Notes under the pieces: model-generated
Told to the model about the DNA's origin: nothing
Databases searched by the model: none
The model's input: only the letters and a program-made list of their open reading frames with translations
Made by a program: the position numbers and the translations under genes
Part shown: piece by piece, positions 50,830 through 62,765 of the stretch
Numbering within the stretch: the first letter of the stretch is position 1
Layout of the letters: each line of letters begins with the position of its first letter
NCBI GenBank assembly: GCA_002633005.1
Contig: NMRA01000001.1
Coordinates: 1,645,755-1,709,754 of the forward strand
Direction of reading: 5' to 3'
DNA length: 64,000 nucleotides
DNA from: Phoronis australis
Lineage: Eukaryota; Animalia; Phoronida

Positions 50830-51975
50830 AACAAAACAGGGCTACCACTAGGAAGCGCCACAGTAGTCAGTCGCCATCATCAAACGTCCTCTTCACATTG
50901 AGAACATTTCAATCTTCAAAACCATCCCTAGAAGTATTTGGTTGACCAGGGTTTGAAAACAGCGAAAATGGCCTCTAGGTGGTGCAAAATACCTAGATTC
51001 CATCCAAAAACAGGAGCAAAGCGTCATCTCTTCAATAGATGCCTATATTCAAAATTTAATGAAAATCTGTTTTGGACCTTTGAAGACGGATATAGAGGTG
51101 AACGTAAAAAATTAAAATTGCCACTAGGGGGCACACGAGTGGTCAGATCCACCCGAAAGTCGTCGTTGTTTGTTGTCAACATCATATCAATACACTTGCT
51201 AAATCAAGCAAAGATCCTGCAAACGGTTTAGGAAACACACACATGAGCGCAAAAAAACTGCCAACAGGAGGCGCCACAGTAATCGAAGTTGAAAAATCAT
51301 CGCCAGCCGTCCATTTCATAGTTAAAACATACATGCCAATTTTCACAATTATCCTGAAAGCGGTTTGGTTGATAGACGAGTGGATGCCAAAAAAAGACTC
51401 GAAAACAGTAAAAATGGCCAATAGGTGGCGCAAACTAGGTCAAATCCATCTGAAAATGGAGAGATGGCGTCACCTCATTAAAAGATGCCTGTATGCCAAA
51501 TTTTATGAAAATACATTGAGGACCTTTGTAGAGAGGTAAACGTAAAAAAATAAATTGCCATTAGGTGGCACACCAGTAGTCAGATCTGTCCGATAGTCGT
51601 CATCCTACGTTATTAACATCATCTAAATGCACTTACTAAATTCAAGAAAGATCTTGCAAACGGCTTAGAAGAGAGCCAAAGGCACAAAAAACAAAACTGC
51701 CACTAGGAGGCGCCACAGTAGTCAAAATCGTCAGAAAATTATAGTCAACCGTCCCCTTTGTAGTAAGTACATACATGCCAATTTTCCCAATCATCCTATC
51801 AGAGCGGTTTGGCTGATAGAGGGGTGGACGCAAAAAACACTCGAAAACAGTAAAAATGGCCACTAGGTGGTGCAAATTATGTCGAATCCATCCGAAAACG
51901 AGAGGATAGATGTCTAAATTCCAAATTTTATGAATCTACGTCAAGGAAGAAGATATAGAGGTAAGCATAAAAAAC
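50830..51975 (+). repeat. Tandem array with ~145-bp sub-units in a ~440-bp higher-order period, each sub-unit carrying a CTCF-like motif
   Basis: AAAATGGCC..TAGGTGG.GCAAA recurs at ~50965, 51411 and 51853; CCAC(T)AGGNGGCRC-like motifs at 50845, 50972, 51121, 51261, 51418, 51558, 51700 and 51860. Confidence 0.85.
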
Positions 51976-52409
51976 TAAATATGTGGGCACATAAAAAGTA
52001 TATTTTGAGCTTTTTGGTGGTAGAAAAGACGGATTCTTTGCTGAAATTATGCTATATATTTTCCAAATGTTTTCAAATTTTGGGTTTAATATGTGCATTT
52101 GCTCATAAGTTTCTTGACCAGTTGACAGGAGGCACTTCGTTTATCCCTGTACAAAGCTTCAACCAAGCTTTTTCATAGAGTTGAAGTCATGTGGTTTTCG
52201 TTGAGCGGAGTGATCCGCCATCTTCCTGATAAACCATGTTAGTCGATATGTACTTGTTTATGGTACAAAGTGACCACCTCGGTATGAATGCACTCCTTCC
52301 AACTCACTACCTCGGACCAACTCACCACCTGACCCAAGTAGTCACTTGGGGTAACTATTGGAAACCGCTCACTGGGATTATGGTCTATGTGAAGTGGTCC
52401 TGTTTTGGA

Positions 52410-53220
52410 TTCAGACTTCCAAAAGAGATGCTGCTTATTCTAAAGGCCAATGACCTTCTCAGGGGAACCCGAGGTCAAATGCAACTTCATTTCTAACCAT
52501 GTCCAAATGTCTGACAGCGTTGGCCAATCACCATCGCGCTTATTGTCATCAATGGGTTGAGTTCGGATAACATTGTCAGAGAGAGTTGCTCATTGTATGA
52601 TTGACAAGAGATTAACATGTGGTTTACAACACTTTGCCAATTTATATTATTAGATTAATGAGTTGATAAAGGGAGAAAAATACAAAAGCTTTCAAAGTCT
52701 GCTAAATGGGAAAGCGAATTGCACGGCAACTGCGGGAAAAGGCCACCCACCAAGGACCGTAATATCTGATTTGTGAGATAGGGAATACGAGTTTTTAATT
52801 AATTCCTGCCTTTATCTTACAAGATTGTCACCAATGATGTGAAAGCAGGTGACAGAATGAGGATTGGCTGAAATCATCAAAACAGGGTTTAGTATCCTTT
52901 TTATGAGTTTTTGCCAAAATGTGATTTTAAATAAATATTTATTTGTAATTAAAAAAGCAAATCTTGTCTTATATTGTATTTATTGATATTTTCACAAAAA
53001 CATACATAATGAAGATCAAATAATTGAATGCACTTAACCCTTGAACCACTTGAAAGGCTCAATAAAAATAAGAACTTGACAAATGTCACTGAATAATTCA
53101 GAATGTGGTCTAGAAAATGACTGTCGAAATGTCTAGATTCACAATGCTAATATTTAGGTCTCGGAAGTTTCAGTTATACTGAGTAGAAGCTGTCAGAGGT
53201 ACGGATTTTCTAGAAGTGAA
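52410..53220 (+). pseudogene. ADCK1: Decayed duplicate of ADCK1 last coding exon (partial) plus 3'UTR
   Basis: LPKEMLLILKANDLLRG followed by deletions and frameshifts; continuous similarity to 31495-32450, including UTR blocks (CCACCCACCAAGGACCGTAA, GAACTTGACAAATGTCACTGAATAAT, CTGTCAGAGGT). Confidence 0.93.
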
Positions 53221-53301
53221 TCCGCAAATTAAAATATTTTTACAAGTTTCACAATTTAATCTTTTGCTCGGTGAATGATGCATTTTAGATAAACTTGTCT
53301 T

Positions 53302-53389
53302 GAATCAGATGGCAAGCAGACGTCAACTAAGAATCAGATGGCAAGCAGACGACAACTAAGAATCAGATGGCAAGCAGATGACAACTAAG
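53302..53389. repeat. 29-bp tandem repeat x3 in galectin 3'UTR
   Basis: GAATCAGATGGCAAGCAGACG(T/A)CAACTAA at 53302, 53331 and 53360. Confidence 0.92.
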
Positions 53390-53421
53390 CATTAGAGTAA
53401 GAATGAAATCTATATGCATGT

Positions 53422-56400
53422 TTACAAAAATTGAGTTTTGAAGAAAATTGCATCTCCGTCCAACATGAGCTGGCCAAATTCACTGAATGGATGACGATGA
53501 CTAAAGTTCAGGAAGTGCCTACCATCCACAAATGTCTGAAAACAAAAACATGCAAACCACACTTCAGTGATGAAAGAGTCGGGTCTCATGCATTAAGATG
53601 ACATTGTTCAAATGGACAAAATCTATTTAACTTGCTCCACCAGGAAGATTATCATTGGTAATGAATTATTCTTTGAATACAGCATTATACACAGTTGAGC
53701 ACTTCAAAATAGCACCCAACTCCAATGTCTAGGGGAAGTTCATCTCACACGTGGTCTACAAGACTAATTCTGGAAAGCCTTCATGACATCAAGACACTTG
53801 CCACTTTGGTGGGATTCAACAAATCATGAAACCCCATCATACTTTGATAACCAGGCAGGTCACTTGAGTTATACTGGACCCTAGAAAAATGTCCAAGATT
53901 TGGCTGTGTCCTGATCCCATTATGTCAGAAATGGCTGATTGGATCCATATTAAGAAATTTCCAGACACTACGGTATGCTTATGCAAAGCTCTCCAAAACG
54001 TTCGCCAGGTAAGAATTGTTTTTAAGATATTTCATTTTTGCGAGAGGTACTATCAAGTGCCTATTATGGTTTTAACAAAAATCATTAGTTATATAGAATG
54101 AAAATGAATTCTTTTAGAAAATGTAATTATTGCGTTTTTGTTCTCGATACTGTCGTTTTGATATCAAGGTACCTTACTTTATTTTTGCTCAAGTTTTACT
54201 AAAAAGACATGGTCATGTGGCCCTATTAATCGCTCACTGGTACAAAGTCAACAATCTTGATTCTACAGGTATCCCACTTTCAGAAAATAACATATACCTT
54301 TGATTTAAAATCACAGATTTGCAGATATTTTGGATAATTATGCAGAATTGTGGTGCCCACCAGAGGACTTACCCTAAACTCCTCATCAGTGACCTGCACT
54401 ACCACTTCAAACAAGTGTCCCGGCAGGAATGGGAAGCAAGGCTCTTCCCTCTCTTCTTCCTCCCACCCGTCCATACGCGTGTTACGTACGACCACACCAT
54501 CAGGGAACCGTGGGTTGAAGTGGAACATGATCTGCTCTGTGGCGCCATTCATTAGGTTGAATTCAAACCTGCAAGCGTACCAACTGCTTCAAACACACAA
54601 CTGCACACAAACAAAACAATACTATGAAAATCTCATCAATTTTGGACACACTATGGCAGCCAATGAAATTTTTTTCATAAACTAGTAATACCAAAGTAAT
54701 GCTATATTATTTTTAAGCTCTATATCTAAAGCTACCATTAGACAATATTTTGAAAATTGAGGACATTCAAAACAATGTTGGAACCTTTTAAAAACTGAAG
54801 AGGAGCAAGTCTAGCAATTACTTTAGTCCGAAATTGAGATTTTACCTTAAGTTACAATAAGTTGAGATTGGCCAACTTTTTGTTGAAATGCTGATAATTA
54901 TACAGAGAAAAATTTAGCTGCATAGCAACTAATTATTATTAAATCGTGGCATTTCAGAAGGTTAATAATCAATCAATGAAGGCATCTTGACAAGCGTTAC
55001 CGTAAAATCTCATCGATTTTGGACAAAACACATAAATAAAATTACCAAACACATTTTCATATTTTTCAAAGGGTTTTAATGTTGTCGTGACTGCCCTCAA
55101 TATCTCAAAACATTGCCTGATGCTAGCTATGGCACAGAACACAAATATTGAATATTAAAGAGCTTATTAGGTGTTACCAGTCTTCTATGAAAAAAGAGAC
55201 AATTCTTCTCTCTACCATACACAGGCAAAAAACCAAGTGCCTTTGGCAAATTTAATGAATAAATCTTCTATAGCAAGGGAACACGAGTTACATTTAATGA
55301 CCACGGGGTGGGTTGTATAAAACTTAATATCCACTGATTGTTGCATGATATGACACGTATTGTTCAATAATGGCATCATGACTCGTGACCATGTGACGCC
55401 ATTGTTGCTGTCCAACATATAACATTTATGCAAGCAGGACCCGATGAACAGGCGCATAGTGATCACTATTTTAATCAAAGCAATGTACCAGTGCAAACTT
55501 GGTTTTCACAGATAATCCAATCACGCACCTCTGCATTCTTGCAATACCTGAAGTAACTCGTGTAGTATTCACACAGGTATACAGTGGAGGTACATTTGAT
55601 TTCCAACAGGTGTTAACTCACTAACGTTATTTGACAGAATGGAAATGGACACAATATTACTTAACAACAGCATATTGATAAATAAAGGGAAACGGTGAAT
55701 GTATGTTTCCCATATAATTGTGATGTAAAAAACATTAATTTGTCACTAAATATGATTAGACACTAATTACGACTTTCCAAACAATCGCGCAACTCAGACA
55801 TAGATGAGAATCTAACCAGAATAAAAAGTACCACCCACCTCGCGTACATGAGAAATGGTAACCCCATACATCTTTTAAACAAAAATCTGAGGATCTATTC
55901 ATTAATTTAATGAATATTGAATCATACAATTAAATGAGCTACTATCTCACCTATCTGCGTCTGGCTTAACAAGACCCGTGATGACAAACCACTGGCCGAC
56001 TTTCAGGTAATCACCAGGAACATCAATGACGCGTGGCGATTCCTTGTATCTGTCAATCTGCAGATCATGGAACCAAGCATCGCCGTGGAACTGTACATAC
56101 TTGACTCGTTTGAATGGCAGACGATGGCTGTACTCGGCAAAGTGCTCCCCGTTCACGAATATCTGAAGGAAAGTTGTAGTAACAGCTCAGTAAGAACGCT
56201 AACTATTAGATCATTAACTGTGCATTTGACAAGAGCTTAAAAATTCAGCCCATCACAAGGTCTTTAATTAAAGTTAAAACAAGAGAAGACAAAATCCCAC
56301 TCGCACTGCCACAACAGCGGTTTTCTAAAATTGTTTATATTGTCTAAAACTAAAACTAGAAAATTATGTCAATTCAAAGGAGAAAGGTATCTGAGTTTGG

Positions 56401-59400
56401 AAACAAATCACACTTTGTTTTTACTCAAGACTATGCTCATCACATAAAATGAGTCGCCATGACAACCCAAATTGTAGAGCCTGGTACTGTGCATTAACAA
56501 ACTACCAATTCTTTCAAAGCCCACAAAATATTTCTAGCTTGTTGACTAAGGAACAAACTGATGTGAATTTCACAACAGTATGACTTAAAGACTATTTGAA
56601 TCCAATTTTAGAGCTGTAAATAGACTTCATCAAAAGTTGAGAAGGAAGGCAGGTTGCCAACCATTTTAGCATTGTGTAAGATTTTTAATAAGCCTACCTG
56701 GTAGTTGGTGTCGTGTACAACTATTCGCACATCAAATGCCTCCCCCTGTTCAAACGCCTTCGGCAAACCATCTCTCTCCTCACCACCCCAGTCGCTCCCT
56801 AGTAACATGAATTTCTGGGTATCAGTTTCCCATAGCAATGCAAGAGGAATTATGATACAGCAGTGAGAATCTAGTGCTAACACACTCAGCCACTACAAGA
56901 CGGGCTCGCATTGTGGTCTTACCATTAAAGAACCGTTACTCTATCTATAAAACATTTTCAATCACAATTTCACACGTTATGTACATATAACGGAGTGAAT
57001 GAAATCAAATTTTTCCTAACTACACCCAAACTTCTTTTTATTAAAGTCATTCCAAAAATGGCTAGAGACGAGTCAGAGAGGATTTCTATAACATTTATTT
57101 TATTCATTTATGTTTTCAATCTAATTGTACATAGCTCTTTGTATTTTACTTCATGTAATTATTTTCGACTGGACCCACTTGAAAACCAGTGTATTCACTG
57201 CAGTGGTCACCCAGTTTAAAAAAAAATTAAATAAATAAATAAATGATGTACTAGCCTAAGGATAATAGTCTTTATGTCTAAAAAGCATTGAGCTTTAAAA
57301 GTCATAGAATGGCAAAATGAGTACTTACTCTCTAAAGTGTTTTTGACAACCTCGCTCTCACTCTCGCGTGGGTTGAAATGAAGCGAAATGTTCGGTTCTG
57401 GGGACAACTCCTCGTCACTGGACGATGGCGAATCAGTGTCTTCGCTTGACTTTTCTCTCAGGTTGAAATCAAATCTGTCACATAAAAGTCAGGTTTTTGT
57501 GAAATGTGATTCACATTTATGTATTAAACAGCAAATTTCGTTGCCAGGTATTTAGGCATAAAAAGTATGCAAGCGTTGTCACATGAAACGAAATGTTCGC
57601 AAAAATATATACAAGTCGTTACACTCTTTCGCTGATGATTTTTGTTAGAGAAAACTTGACCAAACTCTTATCTATGAGGACCTGCAACACAAGTCTACAA
57701 CAAATTCAAAACAACAATGTACGAACATTTGTAAACACATTTCCCATCACCATATTGTGGATGAGTATATATAAGTTTACCTCTCAGCACCTGGCTTCAC
57801 TATACCCTTTAAACAAATGCTGTCACAGCACTTCAGGCCTTTGCCAATAGGTTCATAAACATCGTCACCCTGTAAACGGGGGTAGAAATCAAATCATGTG
57901 GTTTTAGTTTACCCATTAACAGGAAATAGTCACTTACAGGGTTCCGCATTTTAAAAACCAGTTTGATGTCTGTAATCCACTGGAGAAAACTGGTTCTAAA
58001 AATGCAGGACCCATGTAGGTGACTACTATCAACTAAAAGATATTAAGGTGTAACTGAAACTTAACAACCACTGAACACGAATATGAGCACTTGAATATGA
58101 TAACTGTGTAATAACTGTAGATAAATGTTAATCGTGATCATCTTAAAATTCTAACATCATGTTTATGCTGCACACAATTCAATGAAAATCTTTAATTTAA
58201 CACGAAATAACACACATCACATCTAGATACGAATTCAAATAATTACCAAAGCATCAAAGTACTGAATGGCCACTAATTCTACATCTCCATTGACAGACAG
58301 GCGTGTGGCTTCTTCAAATGGACATCGATAGCTGTAGTCAATGTAATACTGTCCATTGACAAACACCTAAAATGCACAGAGCGAAAAGGTATTACGCTGT
58401 GTTGTACATACAAACTTATCACATGAAGGTGGATGTTACTGTTAAACCTTGCTTGTTCATAGTAGCAGTCTTGAAGGAAGGTAAAAACTATAGATGGGCA
58501 CTCCCCCAACCAATTGCTAACACTTTTTTTGCCCACATTGTCACCAATTTCAAAATTGTCAAACCCCCACTTACCACCAGTTTTACCACCTACAGGCCCC
58601 CCACTTCTATCAGCACTAATTCCCCAAAAGTACACCCTGAGTTCTTATCAAAGACTAAACACAGCAACATTTTCTTTTCCTCACTCCCCACAACTATTCA
58701 GCAATATACAAGATTTCACAAAAAAACTCAGTGCTTAGCCTCTGGCGTAAATCTGCATAAGTCCCATTTTCAATTTCAATCACAGAATATGTATCGTAAA
58801 TATTTACCAATATCATGCTCAGCTTTGTTTTTCAGACCCCAAAAATGTAGCTCTACTCTACCATAAATATTATCACATTTTTAAGATGTGAAAAACACCA
58901 TAATGACTTCAAGTACCAGTCTATGACAATTCTACACTAAGAACTACTTTCAAGTACATACCCTCAGCAATGAGGTTTAACCATACCTTGAATGAATCCT
59001 CTAGGATGTAGAAAGTGGTTACAAACATCTCTCCAGAGACAAATGGAAAATCTCTCTCTGGCCTTTCCTCATCGCCCCATGAGCCATCAAACATAGAGTT
59101 GAGTACCAGTCCTTCACCAAAACGCGGGTTAAAGTGAAAGATGTGGTCGTCATTATGAGACACGAAGTTGATGTCAAACCTAAGTGATCAGAAAATGAAA
59201 TGTGTAAGAATGAAGTAACCTGGAAACTACAAGCCTTGAATGAAGTTCTGCATACATGTGACTGGTTTTCACGATAGTTCAATTCCAACCATTGTCAGGA
59301 AATCTACTCGACAAGAGTTCGAAGGAGTACCAAGTTGGGATACAAATGTCGTGTAAATTTTAAGCATTGGCCAAAACTACATCATATAGGCATAGACATA

Positions 59401-61336
59401 ACTCTATAACTGTTATTCCTCACTTCATGTAAACAGTGGACAGCTGTCAAATATGAGAATGATCATAAAATACTACTGTGAACTTTTTGAAAATCATCCG
59501 TCAAGTGCTATTGGTACATTATGCACTTCCTACATCTACGAATCCAGAAAGAGACCATAATACAGGCTGCTACATTTACCTGTTGGGATCATTCCTAACC
59601 ACCCCTCTCACAACAATGGACTTGCCCACATTCAGCCCTCCGGGAATGAGTCCATCATATGGAACTTGCTGAAATAGAATGGAATATCTTATGAAGTTTA
59701 AATTCCTCTAAAAGGTATTTTGCTGCTTGCATTCTTATATAACAAGTCTGTGTTAAAGCACTTTTAAAGAAAAAAATTATAAAACTTTTCATTTTGTTAT
59801 GACACAATTTATTTTGCTTATGCTTCTTTGTTTAAGCTCCAGAAATACAACTCACCATTTTGTCATGGACAGAGAGCTCGCTGACCTTGATGTCGCCATC
59901 TATTGTCAAAGTGTTGACGTCACAGCACGGTAGTCGATGACTGTAGTCAACAAACCTGTCTTCATTAACGTAAACCTAGCCAAACATAAGCTAGATTAAA
60001 TTCCATTCAAAGCTAAAGTCAAAAACGCATATCTGTGGTCTGCATCCACATTTTTGAATCTACGCATCACTACTTAAAAGCACAGACTGCATCAAAGATG
60101 TTCTTAAATGCATACAACTGATCTTGAATCAGCGGCACAGGATTATCTTGTAGTGATGAGCAAAGAAAACGTGCAAAGCTCTCGCCCCTCTGGTCAATAC
60201 CAGTGTAGCCACTGCCACCACTGCAGCACTGACACTCCTTAAAAAGCACTCCTACATCACCTCAGCTGATATGAGAGTATTCAAATGATTTAATGGCCCT
60301 GGTCTGTGAAGCAATGACGCGACATTAGTTGTTCTCAAACCTGCCCTAGTTAGGGAAAAGGTGACACTGGTTTTATAACAGTAAGCGACCTAAATCATCT
60401 AAAGTTCATCTTAAACAGAAGGTGCAGGTATATTGCACCTGTAAAACACCTCAGTTTTGGAACTACGTGTTGTCTCACTTTCATTCGACTATCAATGTCT
60501 CACCCTGTAGCAGTCCTCCAAGACGACTATCTGAATCTCAAACCTCTCCTTGGGATTGAATGGGAAGTAGGGTTGTTCCCGTTCTTCACTGCCCCATGAC
60601 CCATCACACAGGGTGTTACGAACTACCTCGTTCTCTGACTGACGAGGGTTAAAGTGGAATGCGATGTTACCGCCAGGTTCGCAGTCACACTCCAAGTTGA
60701 TGTGGAACCTGCAACAGGAGAAAAAATGCTCAGTCACGTTCATGATGAGCTGCGTGTTTAAGAAAAGAATAACAAACTACTTTTTTGACACGGAATGGGG
60801 TCAGTTGTTTGTCATACGACACTTATGTACCGTAAAATCTCACCAATTTAGAACGCAATATTACTGACAAGGGCAATTTTGTTTCCATTTTTTGAATAAA
60901 AGAAGTGGTCCAAGATCTATGCCATACACACCTTCAGACAATGTTTATCAGAAATTGTGGACATTCAACACAATGCATTTGAAAAATGAAGAAAGACTAT
61001 TTTTGGTAATTGCATGGTCCACAATTGCTGAAATTTTACCACTGGTACTCAAAACTTATGTACACCTCATATGTTAATACTCACCAAATTGTAAAGGGAA
61101 TGCGAATATTAAGCCAAGTGAAGTTCAACATGGCTGTGCAAGTTCATATTTTCCATATCACAACTTTGTACTAACTTTAAGTCAATGACCATAACTGGCA
61201 TAAAGACAGAAGATAACACGACTCAATACTAAAGATTAAGGCTAAAACCTGACCTCTCACAGCTGCCTTTAACTTTGCCTTTGATTGTTAAGGTCGAGCC
61301 AGTCCCCACACTCAAGTCCCGCTGGAAGGGCAGTGA
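53422..61336 (-). CDS. Quadruple-CRD galectin (555 aa in window; start exon not found, probably beyond 64000)
   Basis: CRD1: 61336-61254, 60708-60504, 59975-59856. CRD2: 59668-59580, 59179-58987, 58366-58247. CRD3: 57869-57781, 57474-57329, 56798-56698, continuing into 56162-55951 (fused CRD3 end and CRD4 start). CRD4: 54568-54373, 53535-53422 (TAA). Total 1668 nt in frame, all GT-AG. Each CRD has HFNPR, V-x-N and W-x-x-E-x-R. Confidence 0.92.
57927..58025. repeat. ~100-bp hairpin (mini-MITE-like) in galectin intron
   Basis: TAGTCACTTACAGGGTTCCGCATTTTAAAAACCAGTTT ... AAACTGGTTCTAAAAATGCAGGACCCATGTAGGTGACTA. Confidence 0.75.
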
Positions 61337-62199
61337 CTGAAACAGAATGCCATACAATGAGGGGTGGGATGGATACATTTCCGAACAAAGTCAGCTAGGA
61401 CTACTCATACAAGTGATATTATCTGATAATAAAACAATATTTACACAGGTAACTGGCAGCGCAAAGTGGGCCATGCTTCTTTCGAACTTTTACTCCAATT
61501 GTATCTTTATTCAGGGATAAACAGTAAAAGATTTGCCCCTGTGCTACATCACGCATGAAGCAGAGGTTGCCAGAGCAACTTGATCGAACTTGTGTTATTA
61601 AAATGACTTTAAACCCACCTTACATCGCTTTTGATTTAAACCGCCTACCCTTACGAAATTGGTCAGATATTGTACCTAGTTCAAATGGGAAGAATATGTT
61701 ACCTCATTATTTGCACAGTTTATACTGTACCAACTAACGCATGATGAAACTTTGAGCACTGTTAACAATGCAATTAGGTATTGAAAATAGAAACTGACAA
61801 TATTGGCAATTATTTTTATTTGATTTTCAGGTTACTTTAGCGTACTTAACACGACAGGACATTTTATGCTCCACGCATAGTATTAAATAATACTAAAATT
61901 ACGGACTGTAATTTTTGAGCAGACTGTCTCACTTGAATAAGAAACAAGTTGACGTCAGTTTTATAGCTGTTAGTGGTCTAAATCAGAAGTTTCATTCTTG
62001 AACGGAATGTCGGTTATGTTTCTGACATTAAAGGTAGAAATTAATACAGTGGTGCACAAACAGCGTCAGAATAGAGTCGCACATCAAACTAAAATATTAA
62101 CAGAACTTTGATGAGGTATATTGGATGAAGGCAACTGGCAATAGTGATACCGGTGCCAGCTGGATGAGCCCTAGTCAGGTAAGAAGGATTATTACGGAA

Positions 62200-62395
62200 A
62201 TTTGTGGAAGTAACACATAAAACTACCATGTTACCACCTAAGGTGAATAAATTGGAAATACAAAAAGCTCTGAGGTGCGTATTAAGCCAAATACAATAGA
62301 GCGTAGGTGTATAAAAGAAGAATAACTAAAAATTCTGTGTGGGTGATAAGCTAGATATGGGTGTTAGCCTGGGTGAGTACGTTATCATAGACTAC
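62200..62395 (+). repeat. Paralogous intron block shared with 39535-39734
   Basis: Near-identical GCTCTGAGGTG.GTATTAAGCCAA...AATTCTGTGTGGGTGATAAGCTAGATATGGG; a second block at 63378-63460 matches 39771-39870. Confidence 0.85.
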
Positions 62396-62599
62396 AGATT
62401 GAACAGTTAAAATATTGGGTGTCTATATTTAGACATCCCATCACTACCGCCCACGAGCAAAAGGTGGAACAAACTATACATATACCAAAAATTACAAGAG
62501 GCCATGATGCATACTTGTTTTCTGATTGGATACATTCACTAACACTTATTTTTGGGAGTAGATATACAAGCTTCGCACTAGAGACTTTCACAATCTCGT

Positions 62600-62765
62600 T
62601 TATAATTAATATCATTTTTATTATCATTATTATTACTATTTCTATTATTGTTACTATTATTATTGCTACTATTATTATTGCTACTATTATTTTTATGAAA
62701 ATCAGCCCCCCCTCCCCNTATTATTATTGCTACTATTATTTTTATGAAAATCAGCCCCCCCCCCA
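62600..62765. repeat. (ATT)n/(ACT)n low-complexity microsatellite with duplicated poly-C end and an N
   Basis: TATTATTATTGCTAC repeats; TTTTATGAAAATCAGCCCCCC occurs twice, either side of an ambiguous base. Confidence 0.85.

Noticed and set aside
50938-51875. ORFs within the tandem array
   Set aside because: They are products of repeat periodicity; frames are not conserved between units.
52236-52496. Second functional ADCK1 gene
   Set aside because: Only part of the last exon is present, with deletions and frameshifts, and there are no upstream kinase exons.
35868-61336. Single six-CRD galectin
   Set aside because: CRD4 ends in TAA at 53422 with a 3'UTR, and the left gene has its own candidate start exon.
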